This document shows, one piece after another, positions 34,747 to 47,100 of a stretch of 62,961 bases of DNA. Position numbers and translations under genes: made by a program. Position 1 is the first letter of the stretch. The number at the start of each line of letters is the position of its first letter. Location: assembly GCF_001194135.2 (NCBI RefSeq), contig NC_068987.1:91947401-92010361 (forward strand), read 5' to 3'. Under the pieces are notes generated by a model. It searched no databases. It saw only the letters and a list, made by a program, of their open reading frames with translations, and was not told where the DNA came from. Origin of the DNA: Octopus bimaculoides (taxonomy: Eukaryota).

Positions 34747-36519
34747 ATAATTCTTTATTCTGTATAATTCTCATTTTGTCCTGTTCTGTTGTTTTGCGAA
34801 ATTTTTCTGGAGGACAACTCTACATGCAACGCGTTAAAGCAGAGTTGGTGATGAAACAATTGTAACTGCTCATAATATATTTCTATCTAACTCTCTCTCT
34901 TTCTTTGCCTATGCATGTATTTACGTAGGCCGAATGTGTTTAAATTCATGTACATGCGACTGTTTATGAGTGTATGTGTGTTCCTGCACGTTTACTTCCA
35001 TATTTTGTTTCTCAAACAATGTATTCTGTCTTTGGTCAGTGTTTACTGAAAAGCCTTTGTCTTTTCCAGTGCATTTGAATGACTGATATTTGCTGTTTGA
35101 TTTCCAGCCTTGATGATTATCATTATAACGGTGACTTCTTGCTTCTCTTTTATTTAACAGTAGTTCGTTAAATGTTGCCACTATATGAGAAATGCCAAGA
35201 TAAAACAATTTTGAGCAATGTATATCAATTACCTCCAGAAAAATATTTCCGAGTTGCTCACAAATATTAAATCAGCCAATCGTATTGCCTGTACGTATAA
35301 AACAAACAAATAAAAGAGGTTCTATGTTTTAGCTTGACCCATTGAAAAGAGCTAGCAATTTTTCTGACAAATCATATGTTATCTAGTATAAAAAGGGAAA
35401 TATTCAATGGATAATTTAATCCCAGAAACAATAGCAGTGAAAAAAAAAAGAGCCTGGCTTATAACGGCTGCAAAACCTTTGATCATAATATTGTTCTGGT
35501 TAAGATGACTCGGGGATAAGGAAACAACTTGAGCAACAACTGAAAATTGAAATAAAGAAATAAGAAGAAATTAGGAAGAATATAAAGCAAATGCACATTA
35601 AATATCTTCATTGAATTTTGTTTTTCTTGTTTTTATGCTTTCATTTTGTTTATATATTTATGATTTATTTTTCAATATTCTCAATTAACTTAAATAATGA
35701 AAATGGAGAAAGCCTGGCCATTTTCTCATTCTCTTATACAGGCTTCTTTACAAACAATGCACGAGAAAAAAATGGTAATAAAATTGTATCGGTGAAGAGA
35801 GAAACACGGCGAAAAAATATGAGTTCGTAAAAGTCATCTAATTAGTTGCATTATTGGTATTTGGCCAACGTTTTAAAGATGTTGGAAAGCAGCCATTGAA
35901 GAGATTCTAAGTAATTACCCTTTTTCCTCCGCTTAATATGTGTTTGCTTGTGTATTTAGATGTCTATGTTTGTAAGTTGCTATACTTTCATGTGTGTATA
36001 CAGCTATGTTTGTGTTGTATGCACGAAAGATAAAAGTGTGAAAGCGAGTGACGAGAGTTTATTGAAGTACTTCTGGTTTTGGTAGCGAGTATGTCTCATT
36101 CTGTCTGTGATCGTAAGCGTTGTATTTGTACGTTACATATATCATATATACACATGTGTCGTGTGTGTAAAGATGCAGCTCATGTTAACCTTCTAAGTTT
36201 CGATTTTCCCGTGTGTCCCAAGAGGTAAATGTCTTCTATAATTGCTATCGCTCGTCAAAATACTCAATAAATTGTGGGAAATGGTAACTCTACTTATTTT
36301 ATCGCACATCTTATAAAGGGAGGTTTGAATCTGATAAGTTCATGATTACTTAGAGCTTCATTAGAAAACGTAACTCAATATTTTGAATAATTCATTCATA
36401 GCTTAAAGCTATCTTTCATCTATAAAAACTAGAAATCAACTTCACGACTCACACACATTCACAAATATATTCCTCAGCTGAAAATGGTTACGATACATAC
36501 ATACATACATACATACATA

Positions 36520-37930
36520 GGAAGGACATACAAGTGGTGTTTCGAGATAGCAAAAAGAAGACACTTGGAACTAATCACCCTCAAGAAGGAGCTAAAAGTG
36601 AGAAACTCTGACATCAGAAGAAAATACTAGAGAAAAAATAAAACAATAAAAAATAAAAAGTAACTGGAATCAGGGAAAGTGTACAAAGACAAGACATGAG
36701 ATGAGAAGCAGTGAGCATCACAGACGCGCCTTTACGAAAAGACATAGACCCATTCTGGAGGGAAATTTGGAGCGAAGAAATGGAGTTTGACTTAAAGAAA
36801 TTCGAACAAGTTATTCTCCCTGCATTACACCCACGACATACCCAGAAACATCAGGATGAAAATGCATTTGGATGAGACTTGATTGTTGGATATTAGTACA
36901 AGAAGCTAACCTTCCTCCGAATGTATCTTATAAACCTGTGCCAGGAAGCTCTCAATGGGAATAGTAGCATACCACACTAGTTATCTCTGGCAGAGACAAA
37001 ACTGATCCCCAAATGTAGAAACACCCACGTGACAAAAAACTACTAGCCAACTGCATGAAAGAACTTAATGTAAAAAACATATACAGTATGTTTAAACTTC
37101 TTCCTCCAAGACCATTGTGAAATCGATAACATCACCAGAGCCGAAGAAGCAGCTGGGAAGAATTGAATATGGGGATGTGACGAGTAATTGTTAATAAACA
37201 AACAATTATCATGTCAGAAGTGCGGAAGCATAGATGAACTCTAGTTTCAAGTGTGGTAGGACTAAAAAAAAAGCTCCTGACTCTGTCTCTCACTCATGGA
37301 TGGTAGAAGCTCTTCGATTTGTTAAAGTTCCCCTGAGCATATTCAAATCTATAGTTGACCTTACATCATCGTGGGCCACCATCTTTAAATTAAAAACAAG
37401 CACTAATTGTATTATCACTGATAAAATACAGTATCGCAGAGGCATGTTCTAAGGGGACAGCCACTCTGTGATATTTATACTTTCTGTAACCCCCGTGTGA
37501 TTCATGTTAATTATTGAGTAATCTGCAGTTATTGTATCCGGATTATAAGTTCAGGTTTATACCTGCAATTATTGGGTTTCTGGGATATGTAAACACACTG
37601 TCAAAATGCCAATCTTGAGAAGTTAGGCTTCTCAAAAACAGAAAAGTGAAATCTGATTCGAAGATCCAAACCATTACTGAAACTGTAAAAATGTGAAAAA
37701 CTCTGAAGAAGTCTATAATTTAAATATAAATGCGTATGTCGAGATATACATCCATATGCATGAGAAGACATACATAAAGCAAAACATACAAATCTGCACA
37801 TATACATACATACATACATACATACATACATACATACATACTTACATACATAGATACATACATACATACATACACACATACATACTTACATACATACACA
37901 CATACATACATACATACATACATACATACA
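36520..37930 (+). mobile_element. Internally deleted R4-clade non-LTR retrotransposon inserted in (ATAC)n
   Basis: RT motifs LAETKLIPK, KKAPDSVSHSW (cf. KAFDSVPHSW), QYRRGMF*GDS (cf. RGIFQGDS), then a jump to the C-terminus NLQLLYPDYKFRFIP..LEKLGFS; (ATAC)n at 36493-36519 and 37800-37930. Confidence 0.85.
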
Positions 37931-38240
37931 TACTGTTTCGAAGCCTCCAGCTTCTATATCTAGACTATGAATTCATATTCATACCAATAATAATAATAGC
38001 ACTAGGTTTTGTTAGTAAATGCTTAATGGAGAATCTGGATAAACTGGGATTGCTAGAAAGAGAAATCGAGCAGCTGCTCCGTACATTACCAGTGGAACAA
38101 TAAAAATATGCAAGACTTTCTTAAAGTTCCAAATGTGAATTTGTCTGTGTTAACTATATCCCAAAGATGGAGCCTTGTATTCTTGTTGGAAACCGACTCC
38201 CTCCTCAGTGGAGGATCTATAATAATTAAAAGATAGAACA
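37931..38240 (+). mobile_element. 3' end of a second, divergent R4-clade family
   Basis: LQLLYLDYEFIFIPIIIIALGFVSKCLMENLDKLG..SGTIKICKTFLKF; different 3' UTR, followed by (AC)n and a gap. Confidence 0.75.
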
Positions 38241-38811
38241 CACACACACACANNNNNNNNNNNNNNNNNNNNNNNNNNNNNNNNNNNNNNNNNNNNNNNN
38301 NNNNNNNNNNNNNNNNNNNNNNNNNNNNNNNNNNNNNNNNNNNNNNNNNNNNNNNNNNNNNNNNNNTATATATATATATATATCTCGCTTTTATATTTGG
38401 TTTGTAAACGTACGTACACATTATTCCTGCGAGTTTATTAAATTCATTGAGCACTCAGAATTTACGCACACACTTTTGACTTTTCACTCGTATTTCTGTT
38501 TAAAACTCTCCCTTTAAAACTAACGACGACATATACAAAACTATCCGTATCAAACTATATCACAGAATTTTGCAAAACACCAAACACCCTTCACTTTCGA
38601 ATTACAAATTTCCCCTTCAAAGCAAAAAGTTCTGAATTATAATACACATACATGCATATTTTATCGCCAAGCATCTGTAAATATTTATCTCAAATATAAA
38701 TACAAACTACACTAATTCTTCGCAATTATAGCATACGTTTTTGCACAACTAAAAACTAACGCAAGGAGTAAATGTATAATAAACAAATATATTAAAAAAA
38801 AACTCTCTAAC

Positions 38812-39109
38812 ATGGCTACTCAAGAACAAAAATCTAAAAAAACAAAATTGGTCTGAGAATGAAATAGACCTTCTGATAAATTCATGGTACTGTCTTGCCC
38901 AAACGGAGAATATAGACAGATCATGCTGCGACCTAATAACAAGACGTACAATTCACCTCGCTCAAAAATCGCTCCGAGAACCAGATTCAAACAAACAAAT
39001 TGAAGTGGCATTTAAATTAAGACATTTTGAAAAACTCCACCGTGTTTTCTCTTCAAATATTGGTCAACAGCAACAACAACAACCACCATCACGGCAACAA
39101 CAACAATAG
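38812..39109 (+). pseudogene. Frameshifted Myb/SANT-like ORF with Q-rich tail (probable TE ORF relic)
   Basis: MATQEQKSKK / +1 in the A7 run (38836-38842) / QNWSENEIDLLINSWYC...GQQQQQQPPSRQQQQ*; fits the W-x3-E-x3-L-I-x2-W helix-1 pattern. Confidence 0.35.
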
Positions 39110-40994
39110 CAACAACAACAATCACTACAACAAAAGGCAAGAGCAACAACTATCACAGCAGGAACAAGTGACCCAGCCTCAACCTTTATCACTCCTTAAT
39201 TCAACCACAATCGATGACTTACTTATTAAAACGGTCAACTTCTCAGATTCCTGCTGTTCACAGCCCATTCAACCAGCGTTTGTTACTCACCCACCAAGTT
39301 TTCAACTCCAGTAACAATTACAGTAACAAGAATCACAACAACATCAAAAATTACAACTACAACAACCACCAAGTAAATGCTTACTTGAAGACCCCTTAAT
39401 GAATTTGCCAAACACAAATGTACACATATTAAAATCTATGCCTCTCACAGCCTACACACGAAACCCCCAAATATGCCACTATTCACTACGAAAGAGGCTC
39501 TACACTGACACTGATAGTAAATTCACTCATTTACCAGGGACTAGACGCTCAATTCCTACTCACAACAGTCTCTACCATCAAAGTGCATAATCTAGAACAA
39601 CGCCACTACCACCACCGCCACCACGCTCACCAAATGCTAAATCAAAACCATGTATGTTACACAGAACCTTAGAGTCTGCCGCAATTCCCAGCGAAACAGA
39701 TTATGTCTGCAGCATAATTGTCTATTTACTCATCTCCCGGGGACTCATTGCACAAATAAAAATATAAACGGGACCCCTGACTAATACAAAACCCAAAACC
39801 ACAAACATTTTCTTCAAACAGGATTCTTTTTTAGCCATCAACTCAAGCAAGCAAATATCTATTCGCCATGTAAATTATTATACTGCTTTGCAAATATAAC
39901 TTTTGAAACGGAAAATATCGAAAGACATAAAACAAGGACTAGACGGTACATTCCGTTGACACTGAAACAAATTACTGAAAACTTAAATTAAAAAAAAACC
40001 CACAGCAGTTAACGCATTTGGGATCTATTTCAAAACGGGGGCACCAGTATTTTCTTAANNNNNNNNNNNNNNNNNNNNNNNNNNNNNNNNNNNNNNNNNN
40101 NNNNNNNNNNNNNNNNNNNNNNNNNNNNNNNNNNNNNNNNNNNNNNNNNNNNNNNNNNNNNNNNNNNNNNNNNNNNNNNNNNNNNNNNNNNNNNNNNNNN
40201 NNNNNNNNNNNNNNNNNNNNNNNNNNNNNNNNNNNNNNNNNNNNNNNNNNNNNNNNNNNNNNNNNNNNNNNNNNNNNNNNNNNNNNNNNNNNNNNNNNNN
40301 NNNNNNNNNNNNNNNNNNNNNNNNNNNNNNNNNNNNNNNNNNNNNNNNNNNNNNNNNNNNNNNNNNNNNNNNNNNNNNNNNNNNNNNNNNNNNNNNNNNN
40401 NNNNNNNNNNNNNNNNNNNNNNNNNNNNNNNNNNNNNNNNNNNNNNNNNNNNNNNNNNNNNNNNNNNNNNNNNNNNNNNNNNNNNNNNNNNNNNNNNNNN
40501 NNNNNNNNNNNNNNNNNNNNNNNNNNNNNNNNNNNNNNNNNNNNNNNNNNNNNNNNNNNNNNNNNNNNNNNNNNNNNNNNNNNNNNNNNNNNNNNNNNNN
40601 NNNNNNNNNNNNNNNNNNNNNNNNNNNNNNNNNNNNNNNNNNNNNNNNNNNNNNNNNNNNNNNNNNNNNNNNNNNNNNNNNNNNNNNNNNNNNNNNNNNN
40701 NNNNNNNNNNNNNNNNNNNNNNNNNNNNNNNNNNNNNNNNNNNNNNNNNNNNNNNNNNNNNNNNNNNNNNNNNNNNNNNNNNNNNNNNNNNNNNNNNNNN
40801 NNNNNNNNNNNNNNNNNNNNNNNNNNNNNNNNNNNNNNNNNNNNNNNNNNNNNNNNNNNNNNNNNNNNNNNNNNNNNNNNNNNNNNNNNNNNNNNNNNNN
40901 NNNNNNNNNNNNNNNNNNNNNNNNNNNNNNNNNNNNNNNNNNNNNNNNNNNNNNNNNNNNNNNNNNNNNNNNNNNNNNNNNNNNNNNNNNNNNN

Positions 40995-41035
<41 letters not shown>

Positions 41036-41716
41036 ATGCATGTATGTATGTGTGTATGTATGTATTAATATGGCTCTGTGTGTGTGTTCATGTGTTTGTT
41101 TCTGGGTATGTGAATGTTTTCAATTTACTCAATTTTCTTAACTGACACAACCTTTCATTCGTTCCTCATTCCAGCCAGATGTTTATAACATGTTGCTGCA
41201 GACGCCGACAGCCTTCAGAATAGCGTAGTGGTTGGATGAATAAAGCTCTTTGCCCCACATCTTGTTTCCATCAATACTGAAGGCTAAACAATACCTTCGT
41301 ATGATTTATAAAAAAAAAAATGCCTATAACATGATTCTATGTATGCACACACGCACATAGACATACATTCATATTTATACACACACACACGCACGCACGC
41401 ATACTTCTATACACACTTGCACACATACATATACAAATAAACACACATACATGCATACATTTAAGGATAGATAAGTACGTGCCTCTGTATGTGAGTGTGT
41501 TAACATGACTTCGATGTTTTGGTTTGCAAAACCAGGAATATACCAACACATGCAAGGATGGTAGATTATTCCAAAGATAGAGTTTGCATCCAAGTGAAAG
41601 AATGGGAATTTTCTTTCAACGTGCAATATATATACGTTTATATAAAGATATCTATACATGTCTCAATGTAACTATATATTTGTTTATTTATTTCTATTTA
41701 TATGTAAATATACGAT

Positions 41717-41747
<31 letters not shown>

Positions 41748-42109
41748 ANNNNNNNNNNNNNNNNNNNNNNNNNNNNNNNNNNNNNNNNNNNNNNNNNNNN
41801 NNNNNNNNNNNNNNNNNNNNNNNNNNNNNNNNNNNNNNNNNNNNNNNNNNNNNNNNNNNNNNNNNNNNNNNNNNNNNNNNNNNNNNNNNNNNNNNNNNNN
41901 NNNNNNNNNNNNNNNNNNNNNNNNNNNNNNNNNNNNNNNNNNNNNNNNNNNNNNNNNNNNNNNNNNNNNNNNNNNNNNNNNNNNNNNNNNNNNNNNNNNN
42001 NNNNNNNNNNNNNNNNNNNNNNNNNNNNNNNNNNNNNNNNNNNNNNNNNNNNNNNNNNNNNNNNNNNNNNNNNNNNNNNNNNNNNNNNNNNNNNNNNNNN
42101 NNNNNNNNN

Positions 42110-43367
42110 GGTCATCCCATAAGTTCTGTCCAATTTTATCTTTTGCAAAATTGAATGAAATTTAATAGTATTTCAGAATGTCTAATGGAATTAAGAATTA
42201 TTTTTAAGCATTTATGTACATTTAGACTAATTAAATATTATTTTACAGAATAATAGAATTAAAATTTCTTTGATTAAAACCCTATCTAACAAGGCGGTAT
42301 CCAAAGGGCATTTGATACACAATGAATTATGAGTACAAAAAACGAAAATCTGCAGCCGAAGCGACTCGAAACATACACTCAGTTTATGGGAAAGAATGCT
42401 TGAATGAAAGAACTTGCAGAAGATGGTTTGTAAAATTCATAAGTGGAGATTTCAGCCGTGAAGATCGAACAGGACATCCAGTTGAGCTTGATGATAAGCT
42501 CCTTGAAGCATTACTTGAAGAAAATCCTGCCTCATCAGTTGAAGAATTGGCAATAAAGCTTAGTTCAAACCATACAACTGCTCATCGTCATCTTCAACAA
42601 CTTGGAAAGGTTCCTAAACTTGGAAAATGGGTGACTCATGAATTGTCCGAAAGCAACCGAAAATCCTGAGTTGACATCTGCTCTTCTCTCCATTCTCGCG
42701 AACTCATTTCACCCTTTTTGGATAGACTTGTGACTGGTGACGAAAAATGGATCTTCTATCGAAATGTTAAACGTCGTAAACAGTGGCTTGGTAAAAGGGA
42801 AAAAGCTCAACCATAACCGAAAAGGTTCTTCTCTCTATCCGGTGGGATTGCAAAGGAGTAATTCACTTTGAATTGTTACCACCTAATGCAACAACCAATG
42901 CTCATGTCTACTGTCAGCAATTAGAGGTTTGAAGCAAGCTTTGAAAGAAAAAAGACCTGCTTTAGTGAATCGAAAAGGTGTGATATTTCATCAGGACAAT
43001 GCGCGACCCCACACTGTAAACATCACATCACAGAAGATCGAAGAGCTTGGTTGGGAAAAAAATTCCTCAACCACCTTATTCTACCGACCTTGCTCCTTCA
43101 GACTACCATTTGTTTCGTAGTTTACAGAATCATTTGGGAGACATAACTTTCGCAAGCGAGGAAGAGGTCGGAACTGACATTTCAGAGTTCTTCGCTTTGA
43201 AACCAAAATAATCTTACATTGGTGGGATTAAAAAGCTTGTAAATAGATGGAAGGAAGTCATAGATAATCAAGGAGAGTACATTGATGATTAAATTTCAAT
43301 TAAATATAACATTTGATCACTTGTTTTCTTGGTTCAAAATTCGGACAGAACTTATGGGATGACCTGA
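42110..43367 (+). mobile_element. Full-length mariner (DD34D) DNA transposon, inactive
   Basis: TIR GGTCATCCCATAAGTTCTGTCC at left (clipped by gap) and its reverse complement at about 43343-43364, followed by TA; about 1.26 kb. Confidence 0.95.
42292..43292 (+). pseudogene. Mariner transposase with stops and frameshifts
   Basis: HTH region, WVTHEL, VTGDEKW, HQDNARPH, YSTDLAPSDYHLF, RWKEVIDNQGEYIDD*; in-frame TGA at about 42668 and several frameshifts. Confidence 0.95.
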
Positions 43368-43518
43368 TAGATAGATATGTATACATACATATATATATAT
43401 ATGTGTATATATATATAATGCATACNNNNNNNNNNNNNNNNNNNNNNNNNNNNNNNNNNNNNNNNNNNNNNNNNNNNNNNNNNNNNNNNNNNNNNNNNNN
43501 NNNNNNNNNNNNNNNNNN

Positions 43519-43573
<55 letters not shown>

Positions 43574-44224
43574 TTGGATTCTTGCTTGCATGTATTTGTG
43601 CGTAGGTGTGTCTATATATTTGTGTATGAACTTCTTAAATCCTATTGATTCTGTTCCCAGCCTGAAACAGTCTTATGGTATCAAAAGATTACATCGCATA
43701 TTATGATGTCATACAATTCTATCAAAATCTAAAATCTAAACAGAACGTCACAAACGGCGCTGTTATAAACTCTATTGAAATATTGGAAACAAAGAAATGT
43801 CTCAGATTTCTAAAAACTTACCTTTTAATCTACATTTGTTGTTACAACTTCTAAAATATTATTCGTTTGCTTTTTTTAATAAGAAGATTTTGCCTGTTTA
43901 TTTACATGCCAAGTTGTGATGTTCATGCCTTCCTCTCGTAATGAAATATATGAACCCCGTGATCCATACATTTTATTCCGACAGAGATGCATCCATGCAA
44001 TGTATAATCATTTTATTTAAAGAGGAAGTACTTGCTTTCAATTTTCAATACATTTTATCTGAATATAAATAAATGCATATTACTGAATTTAAAATAATAT
44101 CAATTGCCACTCGTTTTTTTTTTATTCCAATTCAAATTTTTATTAATTATTTACTTGTGAAAACCATTTTCGGAGCAAAGTTGAAAGAGGCCAAAACGTC
44201 ATATTCTTGATGTTCATTGAATTC

Positions 44225-44446
44225 TTATTTACAGTGGACGGATAGGTGTCCTCATCTTGTTTGTTGTTATCACAACGTTTTGGCTGGTGTACTCTACAGC
44301 CTTCATCATGTGTTCTAGTGGAATTTCGAACCCAACCCTTTACTTGACTAACGGGGTACACCGTTCTCATTCCTAAGGTATTGTTGTTTTGATGATGTTA
44401 TTTTGTCTGTTGATATTATTTTTCAAGTCCCTGTCTGGAATTGAAC
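44225..44446 (-). mobile_element. SINE family D copy (B-box onward) with decayed HHR motif
   Basis: Minus strand GTTCAATTCC..ATACCTTAGGAATGAGAAC..AACAC-ATGATGA-A-GGCTG..CAGCC-AAA-ACGT-T-GTGAT. Confidence 0.75.
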
Positions 44447-44620
44447 GTACTGGATAAGAGCACGGGCTACTAACCCTCGGATTCTGAGTACCCCATTAGT
44501 CAAATAAAGAGTTGGGTTCGAAATTCCACCAGAACACCTGATGATGGCTGGTGAGTACACCAGCCAAAACATTGTGATAACCACAAACAAGATGGTCACC
44601 TATCCGTCCATTGTAAGTAA
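44447..44620 (+). mobile_element. SINE family D copy (A-box head, B-box deleted) with decayed HHR motif
   Basis: GTACTGGATAAGAGCACGGGCTACTAACC head; AACAC-CTGATGA-T-GGCTGGTG(AGTA)CACCAGCC-AAA-ACAT-T-GTGAT. Confidence 0.75.
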
Positions 44621-44789
44621 TGTACATAATTCCTTATCCCCCGGTCGTTATCAGAAATATCACCAATGTAACTTTTTGAAATAATATTGAGTTTTGATAA
44701 TCAATGTGGGAGAGATAAAAGGAATCCACAAATATTTCGTCTTCTCTATAATATAGCCAAAATATTTTGTTACCATATTTACTGTAATG

Positions 44790-44943
44790 TGCAACAGGAA
44801 GACCGTCATATATATGTATGTATATATTTATGTTGTGCGTGTGTGTGTTTGTGGCCATCGCTTGACAACTGATGTTAGTATGTTTGTGTCTCCGTAACGT
44901 AGCGGTTCAGCAAAAGTAACCGATAGAACAAGTACTAGGCTTA
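44790..44943 (+). mobile_element. Partial SINE family B
   Basis: CGCTTGACAAC.GATG..CCGTAAC.TAGCGGTTCAGCAAAAG..CCGATAGAA.AAGTACTAGGC is the reverse complement of 45075-45200. Confidence 0.85.
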
Positions 44944-45018
44944 TTAGGACTTTGTATTTTAAACTATTTTGGTTATACTGTTTATCAAACATATAAAAAA
45001 GTCTGTGTTATTTATCTT

Positions 45019-45358
45019 TTAATTCTTTTACTTGTTTCAGTCATTTATTAGGTCAAAGAAATTGACCTAATACACCTAGTACTTATTCTATCGGTTCTTT
45101 GGCTGAACCGCTAAGTTACGGGGACAAAAACACAGCAACATCGGTGATAAACGATGGTGATAAACACACACACGTAAGTATATAAGACATATACGACGGG
45201 CATCTTGCAGTTTTCGTCTATCAAATCCACTCACAAAGCTTTGGTCGACCCGAGGCTATAGTAGAAATCACTGGCCCAAGGTGCCACGCAGTGGGACTGA
45301 AACGAGAACCATGTGGTTGGGAAGCAAGCTTCTTACCCTAGATCCACACCTGTGCCTT
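45019..45358 (-). mobile_element. tRNA-derived SINE family B (CORE-like)
   Basis: tRNA-like head at right; CCAAGGTGCCACGC CORE-like motif; TTTTACTTGTTTCAGTCATT tail; matches 56398-56810. Confidence 0.9.
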
Positions 45359-45369
45359 AGTGTAGGTTT

Positions 45370-47100
45370 GTTTCGGGGTTTCTGTTTGATACCTATTGCT
45401 AATTCATCTTGATGACTTTTTTATGAAAGTAGGGAAGGTTATATTGCTTCCATTCGAAATATTTACAAAGTACCCCCTAAAATGTAAATAATTTCAAAAT
45501 TTAAAATTACTTTTGCATGGAAATTGTGCTCAAAAGATATTGTGATGGTATTCTTTGGAGACCGATTCACCTGGAAGATAGCTGATTCTAATTTTCAAGA
45601 TGACGAATAGAATTTAATGAGGATATCTACTCTTCTGACCCGAACAGAAAATGGTAATATTAGTGTTCCTCTTGTATTCCAAAAGAGTGTGGCTTTATGA
45701 ATTTTGAAAGAATCCTCTTTCAGTATGAGTTACCTGTTATGCTGAAAGTAATCAAATAATGTCTTCTGCTTGGTGTTTGCGTAGGTGTAAATATAATTCA
45801 AATGACGTGGGTGGTGAGGCAGAATTAGGAAGTATATTTTGATGAATGTATGTATTTGTGTGTATTTAACGATTGTTGATTTCTTCTGCGAGTGATAAGT
45901 CAGATTAAAAAGTAAAATTTAAGACGAATACTATTGGCAAAGACGAGAATACTTTGTGACATTTCTGTCATCAACAGAGTTAACAGAAAGACTGACAGAT
46001 GCGATCCTTCAATCATTTTCTAAATAAGTTGCTGTTGTCTTACATGTGTTGCAATGCTCGATAAATAATGTCTCAGCGGTACAATGACATTTCCACCAGT
46101 GGTGTAGGAAATCGAATTGACCAATACCATTAACCACTTGGGCGTCGTGGGTGGCGAAATAGTGTCACCAACATATTTAGCTGTCTGAAACGGGTCACAA
46201 AAAATTAGAAATTGCTGACCAGGAAAATTAGAGTAAATTCCTTCACCTTTAAACTCTTAGGTAACGTGAAGATATAGAAGCTTCTCCTGACTGAGTCTTA
46301 TGATGCAACAGACTGATGTCAGTAGCTCCTTTGATTACTAATTAGTTAGATCGGAACGCAAGAAAAGAAACTCTGTTAGCTCCGAAATGGTTAGATTTTA
46401 AATTAAGAAATCGCCCAAATATATTTGGAAATTTGGTGAGCTGGTTGGAATATTTCAAGGTGACACGACGGAATAACTTCCACAAACATTTCAAATTCGT
46501 GAAAGTGTCAGCAAATGTGACATCAGTGTCAATAAGTTAGGACTGGAAGAGTTATGAAGGAATGTTTGCATTGGAGTTACTAAAGACGAGCAAAGTGTCA
46601 GTGGAGTATAAATATTCTCAATGCAGAACGGGAAATTATCGAACTTCTGCCGGTCAGAGGAATTTCGTTTGCATTAATGACAGATGGATTTAGAGGAAGG
46701 CAGAATGATGAATTTCAAGCAGAATAACTAGAATTCTGATTAGGAAATGTGTTTGGATAAAGTATCGGTTATATCATAAGTCTGAACACTCCAGTTAAGA
46801 AAGAAAGAATTTTGAATATTCCGTGCAATTTTAACATCCGGGATAACTTAGAAATATAAAAGGAGAAATAAGCATCTTCTTGAGAAATAGTGTTTACAGA
46901 AACTTCTGTATTCGTAGACTATGCTACAGTTTATGTTGGACGATATTTCACAAGTATGAACTTACAGAGGTGGCAATATCCATTAGTGCATTTCTATTTT
47001 AAATAATTGAAGCGAATGGTAGTTTGGGATCTTTGTAAAAATAATCTATCAGAAACGCTGTATTTTTCTTGTGGTTTAGACTTGCGAGTTGCAGATTTGA
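45370..47100 (-). mobile_element. Very old CR1/L2-group LINE relic (APE to start of RT)
   Basis: Weak motifs only: FPNIFGRF (cf. GDFN), IGLQRIPSQYL (cf. GPDGIP), EWKQ..P..KK (cf. WK.A.V.P..KK); strand-biased composition. Confidence 0.35.

Noticed and set aside
42322-43120. Active transposase or SETMAR-like domesticated gene
   Set aside because: Multiple stops and frameshifts, both TIRs present, and no SET domain nearby.
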